Shown here: positions 19,437-29,351 of the stretch, piece by piece
Position numbering within the stretch: position 1 is the stretch's first letter
Layout: the number at the start of each line of letters is the position of its first letter
From: an uncultured Rhodospirillaceae bacterium
Lineage (GTDB): Bacteria; Pseudomonadota; Alphaproteobacteria; Rhodospirillales; UBA2165
Assembly: GCA_964566055.1 (NCBI GenBank)
Contig: CAZMHI010000009.1
Location: 19,447 to 83,446, forward strand
Reading direction: 5' to 3'
DNA: 64,000 bases
The notes under the pieces: model-generated
Database searches by the model: none
Told to the model about the DNA's origin: nothing
Seen by the model: the letters and a program-made list of their open reading frames with translations, nothing else
Position numbers and translations under genes: made by a program

Positions 19437-20822
19437 TTACTTTGCGAGGATGAGTTTTTTGCCCCGCTTGGCGTTTTCTGCGACTTTCTCAGGCATAGGC
19501 AGGTCAGCCAGCTTGATTTCCGTCGCGGCTTTGACGTTCATAAATTTCGCTAATTCTTTCCCTTTGAGATGCTTACCGGACGGCATTTTGACACGCATCG
19601 GATTGGTCTGGCGGCCCCGGCGCAGGATCTCATAATGCAGATGCGGCCCGGTTGAGCGGCCGGTCGAACCGACATAGCCGATAATTTGCCCCTGGCGCAC
19701 CCTGGAGCCCCTTCTGACCGAACGGCGAAAACTTTTCATATGCCCGTAGGCAGTCGAATACTCAGAATTGTGGCGAATACGGATGTAATTACCATAGCCG
19801 CCATTGCGGGCCCGGTAGACTACGGTACCGGAACCGGCGGCAAATATCGGCGTGCCGCGGGGGGCTGCAAAATCAACGCCCCGGTGCATTTTGTTGTAGC
19901 CTAAAACCGGATGACGGCGGCGGCCATAGCCGGAAGACAAGCGCGCGCCGTTGATCGGTGTCCGCATGAGGGCTTTGCGTGCCGAGCGGCCTTTGTGATC
20001 GAAATAATCGCTGAAACCTTTTTTACCTTTAAAATGATAAAGCGGATTATCATTTTTACCCAGTTTCAGATTGGCGTAGAGAATATTGCCATAGCGCGCG
20101 AACTCGCCCTTTTCGGTAATCTTGCGCTCATACATCACCTCGAACTGATCACCAGCGCGAATGCTGCGCTGAAAATCAACATCCCAGGAATAGATTCGGA
20201 TAAGCTCCATCAATACCGGTACGGGTACCCCGGCATTGACGGCTGACAGATAGAGATTTGAGTTAATTTTGCCACTGGCTCGCGCCAGTTTGGTTTCAAT
20301 CGCCTGTTTTATATATTTTGCCGTAAATTTATCATCGTCGAGCTGATAGACCGTATATTCCCGGAGTAGATCTGGGCGCACCGTGATTTGTTTCAACTCA
20401 CCCTTAGCTGCATCGGCATCTTCAGGTTCGAGCACTGCAGCCGGCTCAAAAACAAATTCGATATCCTGGCCCGGCCGGATACGTTTGGGGTTATAGATTT
20501 TGCTTAAAGCCTGAATAGCTTTGTGAGCAGTGCCCCGCGCTAAACCTGCTTTGACAAAAATATTCATCAAAGTATCGCCCTTGCCGACTTTTATTTTTTG
20601 CACAACAGGCTGCGGCAAAGGTGCCAAATCCAGCGTATCAATAGGCGCGCTGGCTCTAAGATCAAGCGCTGCCTGGGTTAGGCCATTTGTGGCGTTGTTG
20701 TCGGGTAAGGCCGCATCAGAGGGCCCCCATTCAAAAATCCACAAAGGCAGCACCACGATGACAACTGTTAAGGCTGCCAAGGGTAAACGTCTCAAAAACA
20801 CAAACTTCTTTTTCCAGCTCAT
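19437..20822 (-). CDS. M23-family peptidoglycan DD-endopeptidase
   Basis: N-terminal TM anchor, HRGVD and HLH zinc motifs, STGPHLHYE. Confidence 0.93.
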   Translation of the reverse strand: MSWKKKFVFLRRLPLAALTVVIVVLPLWIFEWGPSDAALPDNNATNGLTQAALDLRASAPIDTLDLAPLPQPVVQKIKVGKGDTLMNIFVKAGLARGTAHKAIQALSKIYNPKRIRPGQDIEFVFEPAAVLEPEDADAAKGELKQITVRPDLLREYTVYQLDDDKFTAKYIKQAIETKLARASGKINSNLYLSAVNAGVPVPVLMELIRIYSWDVDFQRSIRAGDQFEVMYERKITEKGEFARYGNILYANLKLGKNDNPLYHFKGKKGFSDYFDHKGRSARKALMRTPINGARLSSGYGRRRHPVLGYNKMHRGVDFAAPRGTPIFAAGSGTVVYRARNGGYGNYIRIRHNSEYSTAYGHMKSFRRSVRRGSRVRQGQIIGYVGSTGRSTGPHLHYEILRRGRQTNPMRVKMPSGKHLKGKELAKFMNVKAATEIKLADLPMPEKVAENAKRGKKLILAK

Positions 20823-21094
20823 TTTTCTGCTAACTGGTTATCCAAAATTACTATTGGGATGGCAGCGGGTATGCGGGGTGAAAGGACGTCTGTCAAGATA
20901 CTCAATTAAGGCAATTTGAAGATGCCGCACTTCCTCCCACTGCCTCATTTAGTTGAGGCTTTCCCTCTTCGTCTATCCCAGACCAAGGATATATAATGGG
21001 GGGAACTTCTTAAGGATTGGTTGCCAATAATTCCTTATCGGCAAGCCGGCATCAGCAAAAACTCGTAGCGCGTCAAATTGTTAAAATTGCTCGG

Positions 21095-21451
21095 TTAAAT
21101 TCTTTGACCGATTTTCTGCGTCACGCTTTCCCAATTCCGGCCGGCGGCGACGAGGCAGGATATGCCATCTGGCCGCGTAACGATCATCGACCAAGAGCCG
21201 TCACTCGACGAAAATACTTCGACGACTGAACCACTATTGGCAAGACCGATTGAATTCCGGGATTCCTTATAATCATCGGAAAGCGAAGAAACGATGGTAT
21301 TGCGTTCATCACAGACAACGGGAGCACCGTTATTGGCGAGACCCTGAGCAGCAACTGGTGTCGGAACGAATACGGTAACGGCGGCCAGCAAAACTGAAAA
21401 GGTGCCAAAAACGGCAATAACAGAGGCGCAAATTTTCATCAGCTTTTTCAT
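21095..21451 (-). CDS. Small secreted hypothetical protein with two Cys
   Basis: Signal-like N-terminus; C..R..L..Y.E..G..EVFSS.DGSW..DGISCLVAAG.NW pattern familiar from alphaproteobacterial hypotheticals. Confidence 0.75.
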   Translation of the reverse strand: MKKLMKICASVIAVFGTFSVLLAAVTVFVPTPVAAQGLANNGAPVVCDERNTIVSSLSDDYKESRNSIGLANSGSVVEVFSSSDGSWSMIVTRPDGISCLVAAGRNWESVTQKIGQRI

Positions 21452-21877
21452 ACTTAAAAGGTAAACATTTCAGCAGCGATTTTCAGGCCATATTTTGTAA
21501 GGAATTACCACAAACGGATTCCAATTAACCTTGGGACTTAAGCTATTGCGGATAAGAGGCTGAAATAGTGTCAAAAAAACAGATTGATTAAGTTTGACAG
21601 TAATAATTAACAATAAATAAGTTAATTTTTAAATTATTATGGACAAATTCAGCATATTATAAATTAACTAAATACAGTATAATTATAATAACACTTTGTT
21701 TTATAACAATTATTTTAATTAATTTTCATCAAATACTGCCTTTTTTACAGCCCAGTCCAGCTGTCTGCGATGGTAGGCAAAGTCTTGTTTGCTCCCCAAT
21801 TCAGGCGTATATAGCTGCAAATCGGCACAATTATGTAGCTTTCGTTTTTACAAATGTAATAAAATGCGACGCTGAAA

Positions 21878-22564
21878 ATGAATAAAATAGACAAAAACCT
21901 GGCTCAACCCGCAACAGATCGGCCAAAGCTCAGCGCTCCGGGCGGTGAGACCGACATTTTGCTGCATTCCTGCTGTGCGCCCTGTGCCGGCGACCTGATG
22001 GCCGAGTTAACGCGCTCGGACATCAACTATACAATTTTGTTCTATAACCCGAATATCCATCCGCGCAAGGAATACGAAATCCGCAAAGACGAGAACAAGC
22101 GCTATGCCGATAAGCTGGGCGTGCCGTTTGTTGATCTCGACTACAACAAAGAGGATTGGTTTCACAAAGTTGAAGGCTATGAGCATGAGCCCGAACGCGG
22201 TTATCGCTGCACGCTCTGCTTTGATATGCGGTTCGAACGTTCAGCACTTTATGCCGCAGAAAACGGCTTCAAAGTATTTACCTCGTCACTCGGCACGTCG
22301 CGCTGGAAAAATCTTGAGCAAATTAACGGCTGTGGCGAGCGGGCAGCGTCACGCTATGATGATCTCATCTATTGGACTTTTAACTGGCGCAAAAAAGGTG
22401 GCGCCAACCGGATGATCGACGTCTCCAAGCAAGAAAAGTTTTACCAGCAGGAATATTGCGGCTGCGCTTATAGCCTGCGTGACACCAATCAAAGCCGGGT
22501 GGAGCGCGGCATGGAGCCGATTAAGCTCGGTGTCAAGTTCTATGGCGACGACGCGGCGGATTAA
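21878..22564 (+). CDS. queH: Epoxyqueuosine reductase QueH (DUF208)
   Basis: [35 protein letters not shown]. Confidence 0.92.
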   Translation: MNKIDKNLAQPATDRPKLSAPGGETDILLHSCCAPCAGDLMAELTRSDINYTILFYNPNIHPRKEYEIRKDENKRYADKLGVPFVDLDYNKEDWFHKVEGYEHEPERGYRCTLCFDMRFERSALYAAENGFKVFTSSLGTSRWKNLEQINGCGERAASRYDDLIYWTFNWRKKGGANRMIDVSKQEKFYQQEYCGCAYSLRDTNQSRVERGMEPIKLGVKFYGDDAAD

Positions 22565-23274
22565 TCCCCGGCAACTTCAGTCAAAATCTCCACCAATTGA
22601 TCAGGCCGGTCAACCATGACCTCATGGCCACAGCCAACGCTGTAGTACTGCCAGGCCGGATCGGCGCTGAATTTATCAGCATATTTATCGAACTGCCCAA
22701 GCTTGTTACCCGCCGCATAGATATAAGTGAGGCTATCAAAGGCGGCAAAATTGACGTCATGAATAAGCGGTTGGGTATAGGTGTTGATCGGTTGCGGCGT
22801 CAAACGCCGGTTGAGCCATTCAACGTCTGCTTCATCGACAACCGACCACATACCGGCATCCGCCGGTAAGATCATTGTATCATTGCCCTCATCATCGACG
22901 AGCTTGGCGAACATTGCGAAGCGGCTCGGGTTATTGGCTTGCATCGACATGCCGCTCTCCGGCACGAAGGCGTCAATATAGACCAGACCCCGCAGCCTGT
23001 TCGCCGCTTTGTCAGCGACGCCAGTAATGACCATACCGGCATAGCTGTGACCAACCAGCACAACGTCGGATAGCTCCTCCTTTTCCAACAGGCCAACAAT
23101 ATCCTGAATATGGGTATCGAGGTCGACATCGAGCGAGGCGAGATGGGCGCACTCACCCAAACCAGTCAGGGTCGGTGTAAAGACGCGGTGTCCCTTGGCC
23201 CGAAGCGGTCCGGCGACTTTCCGCCAAACCCAGCCGCCATGCCAAGCACCAGGCACAAAAACGAAAATTGTCAT
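22561..23274 (-). CDS. Alpha/beta-fold hydrolase (esterase-like)
   Basis: [15 protein letters not shown] nucleophile elbow, GHEVM. Confidence 0.9.
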   Translation of the reverse strand: MTIFVFVPGAWHGGWVWRKVAGPLRAKGHRVFTPTLTGLGECAHLASLDVDLDTHIQDIVGLLEKEELSDVVLVGHSYAGMVITGVADKAANRLRGLVYIDAFVPESGMSMQANNPSRFAMFAKLVDDEGNDTMILPADAGMWSVVDEADVEWLNRRLTPQPINTYTQPLIHDVNFAAFDSLTYIYAAGNKLGQFDKYADKFSADPAWQYYSVGCGHEVMVDRPDQLVEILTEVAGD

Positions 23275-23469
23275 AACTATTACTTAAATCTCAAAATTAA
23301 GCGTTTCTGGACGATAAAATAAGTAAATCTTCAAGCGAACTTCTTCGAGTGTGCCTAATCTACTTCCAACACGCAACGGCAGAACATATTGAGCGCCGCA
23401 TCTCAGCTAAAGGGTATGATTTAAAGTTCAGCGTGTGATACGCTAATAATCTCGGGGAATTAAAAAAAT

Positions 23470-24216
23470 ATGCTGGAAATACTGACTGAAATTCTAAATC
23501 TCAGCCTATTAGCTGCTGCGGGTGTAGCTTTCCTAAGCGCACTGATCCAGGGCTATTCGGGATTCGGCGGCGGGCTGATCATTATTCCAATCCTCGCCAT
23601 TTTGTTCAGCCCCATTGAATCCATTGCCATTACCGCCCTTGCCGCCATATTCGGCACGGCGACGCTGTTACCGCAGGCCGTCAAGAAAGCCCAATGGTCC
23701 GAAGCGGCTCCGGTTTCCATCGCCCTTGCTATTGCCATACCCATTGGACTTTCATTCCTGGTGGCGGCTGACCCAATACTTATTCGCCGCGGCATGGGCG
23801 TGTTTATCTTGGCGGCTTCTGCAGTGCTGATCTCCGGCTGGACCTATCCCGGCAAGCGCAATCTGCTGACCAGCATCACGGCCGGCGCCATAACCGGCGG
23901 TGTCACCGGCAGTTTCGGTATTCCGGGCGGCCCCTTCATGGTGATTTACTATTTATCAGCCCCAGTCGAGCCGGCCGTCCAACGGGCGAATTTAATTATT
24001 TCCGTCGGCGTGGCGATCGTTTTTCTAATTGGTGGTCTCTTTGTCGCCGGTGCCTATACGCCTGAAACCATCATGCGGGCCATTGTTATTGTACCAATAT
24101 TCGTCGCCGGCTCCCGCACGGGCCAATATCTTTTCAAAGTTGCGCCGACTGAGTGGTTTAAGAAAGTGACTTTCGCCATATTGATCGCCACTGGTATTTC
24201 GATTTTGCTGGTTTAA
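23470..24216 (+). CDS. TSUP (TauE/SafE) family membrane transporter
   Basis: GYSGFGGGLI and GSFGIPGGP repeats; about 8 hydrophobic helices. Confidence 0.87.
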   Translation: MLEILTEILNLSLLAAAGVAFLSALIQGYSGFGGGLIIIPILAILFSPIESIAITALAAIFGTATLLPQAVKKAQWSEAAPVSIALAIAIPIGLSFLVAADPILIRRGMGVFILAASAVLISGWTYPGKRNLLTSITAGAITGGVTGSFGIPGGPFMVIYYLSAPVEPAVQRANLIISVGVAIVFLIGGLFVAGAYTPETIMRAIVIVPIFVAGSRTGQYLFKVAPTEWFKKVTFAILIATGISILLV

Positions 24217-24297
24217 ATGTTGCTCCTAAGATTACGATTGATATCACCTTCCCGATAAATTAGTTTCGCGCAGATTTAGTTTAGAAGGTTTAAAATA

Positions 24298-24909
24298 TTG
24301 AAACACACGACATGGATCATGCAGGCGGCAACTACTGCCGGCCTATTGTTGCTGTACAGTTTTAATCTGTCTGCCGCCGAGCACAAAATGGGCCACGGTA
24401 AACATCATCAAATGACAAAACCGGCCATATCTGCGACTTGCACACCGAAACTGCACATCACTGCAGAAGCTGAAAGCAAACCCGGCGGCGCCCACTATAA
24501 GGGTCCGGCTGTAACGCATCACGGCAATCACCAGAAACCGATGGCCCATATGAAAGGCGCTCATATGGATCACAAACCGCGCCAGGGCGGCAGCTTTTTT
24601 ATGGCGCCGGATAAAATGCACCATATTGAAGGGGTATACTCTGCCAAATGCGGCCTGCGGGTGTTTTTCTACAACGCCTTCACCCAGCCGATCCGGGCGG
24701 ACCGCTTTAAAGCCTTTGTTCGCATCATCCCGAAAAAAGAGGATGAGCCGGAAGTCTTGCGTTTTCTTAAACCCTCGAAAGAGGGTTCAATTTTACACAG
24801 CTCCATCGGCAGTGATGTTTCCCGTCCGTTTGATATTGAGGCATTTGTAAAATTTCCTCAAAACGACGAGCCGCAGCTTTTTACCATTAAAGTTCCGGCA
24901 AAAGAATAA
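24298..24909 (+). CDS. Secreted His/Met-rich hypothetical protein (putative metal binding)
   Basis: Signal peptide; HKMGHGKHH, HHGNH, HMKGAHMDH, MHHIEG. Confidence 0.7.
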   Translation: MKHTTWIMQAATTAGLLLLYSFNLSAAEHKMGHGKHHQMTKPAISATCTPKLHITAEAESKPGGAHYKGPAVTHHGNHQKPMAHMKGAHMDHKPRQGGSFFMAPDKMHHIEGVYSAKCGLRVFFYNAFTQPIRADRFKAFVRIIPKKEDEPEVLRFLKPSKEGSILHSSIGSDVSRPFDIEAFVKFPQNDEPQLFTIKVPAKE

Positions 24910-24915
24910 AAGCAG

Positions 24916-26172
24916 CTATCTACCGCAGCATTTTTTATATTTCTTACCGCTGCCGCAGGGGCAGGGCTCGTTGCGTCCAACCGGTTGTACTGGCTTTTTC
25001 TCAGCAACACGTAAGCTTTCCATAACTTTTGCCGCCGGTTGTTTGGCTTTCCTGAGCTCTGCTATTTTTTCCAGATAGGGTTTGGCATGAAAATAGAAAT
25101 GCCGGTAACCGGCACAGAGGTAATTCAGCCCGTCTTCTCCATCCGGCGTCTGGATAAACCGGTCCTTGGGACAGCCGCCATTGCAGGAACTTAATACCTC
25201 ACAGTCCCGGCAATATTGAGGCAAGGCGTCTCTTTTATCGTCACCGAATTTTTCCAGCTCCCTGCCATTGATCATTTCGCCCAGCCGGGTCTCCCGGATA
25301 TTGCCGAGCCGGTTAGCTGGGTTAACGAAATGATCGCAGGTATAAAAATCGCCCGTATGCTCGACGACCACAACCTGGCCGCAGGTTTCGCGCAACATGC
25401 ACAACGAATGTTCCAGTCCGATATAAGGCCGGAGCGCTTCTTCGAAATTCTGGATCGTGATCTTGCCGATATCATGGTGAACCCATTCATCGAAAATAGC
25501 GCTTAAGAATTCGCCATAGGCCTTGGCCGGTACGGATTCGCCTTGAACATCATGATCACCCTGCCGGTTGACCAGAGGTAAAAACTGCAGATAGACCGTG
25601 CCGAGCTCTTTAAAGAAACGGTAGACTGTGGCGGGCTGGCGGACATTTCGCTCGTTGATGACACAAAGCAGATCGCAATGGATGCGAAACTTCTTAAATA
25701 AGCGATAGGCCTGCATCACCTGCTTGTGGGTCGCTTCGGCCTTTTTGGTCACCCGGTAATGATTGTGCAGATCACTCGGACCATCAATACTGAGCCCGAC
25801 ATGAAACTTCTCGGCGGCTAGGAAGCGGCACCAATCCTCGTCGATCAGCGTACCGTTGGTCTGGATACCGTTGAGAATTTTTTTCCCAAAGGGGCGATGC
25901 TTTTTCTGGATCTCAAGAATTTTCTGAAAATAGTCGATGCCGAGCAGGGTCGGTTCACCGCCATGCCAGGAAAATAATACATTCTCTTCGGGGCAGGCTT
26001 CGATATGTTGTTGGATATAAATCTCCAGCAGATCATCGGCCATGCGGTGGGATTTTGAGTCCGGGTAAAGCTCTTCTTTTTCAAGGTAATAACAATAGCC
26101 GCAGTCAAGGTTGCAGATCGCGCCAACCGGCTTGACCATGACCTGAAATTCCCGTCCCGCCGTACTTTCCAC
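24916..26172 (-). CDS. Anaerobic sulfatase maturase (radical SAM/SPASM) with C-terminal SEC-C motif
   Basis: KPVGAICNLDCGYCYY, WHGGEP, QTNG, SPASM cysteines, GRNEPCPCGSGKKYKKCC; GTG 26172 after GGGGA. Confidence 0.92.
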   Translation of the reverse strand: MESTAGREFQVMVKPVGAICNLDCGYCYYLEKEELYPDSKSHRMADDLLEIYIQQHIEACPEENVLFSWHGGEPTLLGIDYFQKILEIQKKHRPFGKKILNGIQTNGTLIDEDWCRFLAAEKFHVGLSIDGPSDLHNHYRVTKKAEATHKQVMQAYRLFKKFRIHCDLLCVINERNVRQPATVYRFFKELGTVYLQFLPLVNRQGDHDVQGESVPAKAYGEFLSAIFDEWVHHDIGKITIQNFEEALRPYIGLEHSLCMLRETCGQVVVVEHTGDFYTCDHFVNPANRLGNIRETRLGEMINGRELEKFGDDKRDALPQYCRDCEVLSSCNGGCPKDRFIQTPDGEDGLNYLCAGYRHFYFHAKPYLEKIAELRKAKQPAAKVMESLRVAEKKPVQPVGRNEPCPCGSGKKYKKCCGR

Positions 26173-26268
26173 TAAATCCCCCACTGGTGCGAATGGCTGA
26201 TGCCAATTATTCCGGCCTTTCCCAGATAACCACAAATATCCATTCGGGCAACGCAAATTATAAACTGG

Positions 26269-27765
26269 CTAATTTTGCCGCGGCAAGCAGATGCTGAACA
26301 TAGCACCACCCTGTTCACTATCTGAAATCCTGATATCGCCGCCGTGGGAACGAACAATGGTGCGGGCGATGGCGAGACCGAGACCGATGCCGCCTGTCTC
26401 CCGGTTGCGCGATTCTTCCAGGCGGAAAAACGGCTCAAAGATTTGCTCACGCTCCTCTTCGGGGATTCCCGGACCTTTGTCACTGACGTTTATGCAGACT
26501 TCTTGATCGGTCAGTGAAATATCGACCTCGGCCTGCCCGCCATAGCGAACAGCATTTTCAATCACATTCCGCAGCGCCCGTTTGAGCGCCAAGGGATGAC
26601 AGGCATAGGGCAGACGTTCCGGTTCATTGTTTTTGAACTCAACTGCTTGTCCGAGGTCAGCCAGATCGGCACAGAGACTGTCAAAAAGCGCCACCAAATC
26701 GACGGACCGGGTTTCCTCATCGGAAGCTTCCTGGCGGGCAAAATCGAGGGCAGCTTCGGTCAGGTTCTGCATCTCCGCCAAAGTTTCCAGAATTTTTTCC
26801 CGCGCTTCCTCATCTTCGATCATCTCGGCCCGGATACGCAAGGAAGTAATCGGCGTTCTGAGATCATGGGTGATCGCAGCCAGCATGCGCGTACGGTCTT
26901 TGACAAATCGGGACAGGCGCTCCTGCATCTCATTGAAGGCTCGGGTAGCTTTACGGATATCTGCCGGGCCCATTTCCGGCAACAACCCAACATCTTCACC
27001 GCGGCCAAAGCGCTCGGCGCTATCGGCCAGTTTAGCGACCGGGCGGGTGGCGCGCCGCACCATAAAGATGACAATGATCACCAGCAGTACAGCCATAATG
27101 CCGATGGTGATCAATGACGAAATGGCAATGGCGGGATTGGTTGGCGGCACCAATGAATAGACATTGAGCCAGGACTTAGCGCCTGACTTGGTGGCGATGG
27201 CAATCGTCATGCCAAGGCGGGAGCGGCGATGACGTGGACCGAAATGCCGCCGGCCTTTTCTATCGCCAAAAAATTTACCACCCCGGCCATCCCGCCACTC
27301 GCGAAAGCGTTTTTCGTCGTTGGGCACCCAAAATGGATTATGACCATCGTTTATATCGGCATTCTCTGCGCGATCATCATCCTCATCATCGTCTTCGTCA
27401 TGAACTGCGACGCGCACCTCGCCGGCATCCTCCTCTAATTCCCAGGCCAGACGCTTCTCCAGAAAGTGGTCAAATCCTTCATGCTCATCATCCTTGCCGA
27501 CGGCGCTCCTATCGGCCAGTTGAAAACGCAGACGGCGGCTTGACGCTGCAGCGACGATGGTTTTGTGCAAAGCCGGTTCCGTCTCATTAAGCAGGCGCAC
27601 CACAGAAACTGTACGAGACATCACTTCCTGCTGGGAAACAAAAATAAAAGCGAGACGGCGGTCATCCCGCAAAATATGAAAACTCGCAAGCTGCGCCACC
27701 ACCAGCGCCAGCAATAGAACGGCGATGAGTTGTCCAGCCAGGCTTTTGGGCAGAAATTTCTTCAT
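26269..27765 (-). CDS. Sensor histidine kinase (2 TM, HAMP, HisKA, HATPase)
   Basis: THDLRTP, ENAVRYG, DKGPG, GIGLGL. Confidence 0.94.
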   Translation of the reverse strand: MKKFLPKSLAGQLIAVLLLALVVAQLASFHILRDDRRLAFIFVSQQEVMSRTVSVVRLLNETEPALHKTIVAAASSRRLRFQLADRSAVGKDDEHEGFDHFLEKRLAWELEEDAGEVRVAVHDEDDDEDDDRAENADINDGHNPFWVPNDEKRFREWRDGRGGKFFGDRKGRRHFGPRHRRSRLGMTIAIATKSGAKSWLNVYSLVPPTNPAIAISSLITIGIMAVLLVIIVIFMVRRATRPVAKLADSAERFGRGEDVGLLPEMGPADIRKATRAFNEMQERLSRFVKDRTRMLAAITHDLRTPITSLRIRAEMIEDEEAREKILETLAEMQNLTEAALDFARQEASDEETRSVDLVALFDSLCADLADLGQAVEFKNNEPERLPYACHPLALKRALRNVIENAVRYGGQAEVDISLTDQEVCINVSDKGPGIPEEEREQIFEPFFRLEESRNRETGGIGLGLAIARTIVRSHGGDIRISDSEQGGAMFSICLPRQN

Positions 27766-28478
27766 CGGCTGACCTCGACGGTCAACATATAGCCGCCGCC
27801 CCAGACCGTCTTAATCAAGGTTGGATTCTTGGGATCATCTTCAAGTTTCTTGCGCAGCCGGCTGACCTGATTATCAATCGCCCGGTCAAAGACTTTGGCG
27901 CTACGGCCACTGGTAAGGTCCAGCAATTGATCCCGGCTCAGCACCATTTTGGGATGATCTAAAAAAGCGCTCAAAAGATGGAATTCTGCGGTACTCAGCG
28001 GGATCGCGACGTTGTCTTCACCAATAACCTCGCGCTGGGCGACATCGAATATCCATTTGCCAAAATGTATTTTATCGCTGTCAGTAGGCACTGAGCGGGG
28101 CGGCAGGCTATGGGTACGCCTCAGCACGGATTTTATACGCGCCAATAATTCCCGTGGATTAAAGGGCTTGGTCAAATAGTCATCGGCACCCATCTCGAGA
28201 CCGATGACCCGGTCGGTATCATCGGCAATGGCCGTCAAGAGGATAACCGGCAGCTCGGTGGTTTGGCGGATATGGCGGCAGAGCGACAAGCCGTCTTCAC
28301 CCGGCATCATAATGTCGAGGACGACCAGATCAATCGCACTTTGATCGATTAATTTCCGGGCTTCAGCAGCATCAGCGGCAACCGACGTGCGATATTCGTG
28401 CTGCGCCAAATATTTGCTGAGACTATCCCGGATGTCGCGATGATCATCGACCACCAAAATGTGGTTTGAGCTTTCCAT
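27762..28478 (-). CDS. OmpR-family response regulator
   Basis: ILVVDD, LDIMMPGEDG, KPF, winged-helix RAIDNQVSRLRKK..TVWGGGY. Confidence 0.95.
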   Translation of the reverse strand: MESSNHILVVDDHRDIRDSLSKYLAQHEYRTSVAADAAEARKLIDQSAIDLVVLDIMMPGEDGLSLCRHIRQTTELPVILLTAIADDTDRVIGLEMGADDYLTKPFNPRELLARIKSVLRRTHSLPPRSVPTDSDKIHFGKWIFDVAQREVIGEDNVAIPLSTAEFHLLSAFLDHPKMVLSRDQLLDLTSGRSAKVFDRAIDNQVSRLRKKLEDDPKNPTLIKTVWGGGYMLTVEVSR

Positions 28479-28521
28479 TACCCTACTATGCCAATTAATC
28501 CCGGCCTTTCGGCAAAAAAGA

Positions 28522-28566
28522 TGTATCAAATTGTCGCAAATGAAAACCCCGCGACACATTGCGACA
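28522..28566. promoter_or_regulatory. Two oppositely oriented tandem-repeat boxes, putative OmpR-type regulator sites
   Basis: TGTATC-N4-TGTCGC (28522-28537) and GCGACA-N4-GCGACA (28551-28566), 10-bp period, in the divergent promoter region. Confidence 0.7.
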
Positions 28567-28661
28567 ATAAGGCTGGAGCGATGACAAACTTCTGCGACGT
28601 TTAGATCGTTTAATGCCTCTCGTAAACAGACATTCATTCATCTCAACGAAAGAGGCATATC

Positions 28662-29234
28662 ATGCAAAAACGGACAAAAATTATTATAGCCAGCACAGCC
28701 GCAGTGGTTGTTCTGGCCGGTGCGATTGGCGTTAGCAAGGCGCGCGAAGGCTTCCATAAAGGCTATTATGGTGGGCCCAGCTATATGCAACATGCCCGCT
28801 TCGGCGGACACCGTGGCGGATTTGGCCACGGAAATAACATGGCCGAAAACATCTTCGATAAATTTGATGTCGACAAAAACGGCACCATCACCAAAACTGA
28901 AATTGACGGTGTGCGCAAAAACGAACTGGCCAAAGCCGACACCAATAATGATGGCAAGCTAAGCCTGAACGAATTTCAATCGCTCTGGACCGGATTAATG
29001 CGGGAACGCATGGTCGATCATTTCCAGCGCCTTGATAATGACGGCGATGCAGTGGTGACCGAAGAAGAGATCGCCAAGCCAATGGATCGCATGATGTCCT
29101 TCATGGACCGGAACGGTGACAATGCCATCACCAAAGACGAACTGCAGCGCAGGCATCGCGGCTGGGGCGGCAAACATCGTGGCCGCCATCATGATGACGA
29201 TGATCGGGATGACGACGACAAAAAATCCAAATAG
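28662..29234 (+). CDS. Secreted protein with four EF-hands
   Basis: Signal peptide; DVDKNGTITKTE, DTNNDGKLSLNE, DNDGDAVVTEEE, DRNGDNAITKDE. Confidence 0.9.
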   Translation: MQKRTKIIIASTAAVVVLAGAIGVSKAREGFHKGYYGGPSYMQHARFGGHRGGFGHGNNMAENIFDKFDVDKNGTITKTEIDGVRKNELAKADTNNDGKLSLNEFQSLWTGLMRERMVDHFQRLDNDGDAVVTEEEIAKPMDRMMSFMDRNGDNAITKDELQRRHRGWGGKHRGRHHDDDDRDDDDKKSK

Positions 29235-29254
29235 AAATTAACGCGCCTGAAAGG

Positions 29255-29304
29255 AATTCCGGTGTTGGATAAATCAGCAACATTCAGCGCCGGAATTTTC
29301 CTTT
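29255..29304 (+). terminator. Stem-loop after the EF-hand gene (intrinsic terminator or stabilising hairpin)
   Basis: AATTCCGGTGTTGGA pairs with TTCAGCGCCGGAATT (G-U allowed), followed by TTCCTTT. Confidence 0.55.
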
Positions 29305-29351
29305 GCTCACGTTTACTGCTAGAACGTTCTAAATATTAGGGGGATATCTAA

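Noticed and set aside
21520-21730. CtrA boxes or a replication origin in the AT-rich spacer
   Set aside because: I found no exact TTAA-N7-TTAA spacing and no cluster of DnaA boxes.
28662-29234. Lanmodulin (lanthanide-binding EF-hand protein)
   Set aside because: None of the four loops has the Pro at position 2 typical of lanmodulin, and no xoxF or lanthanide-uptake genes are nearby.
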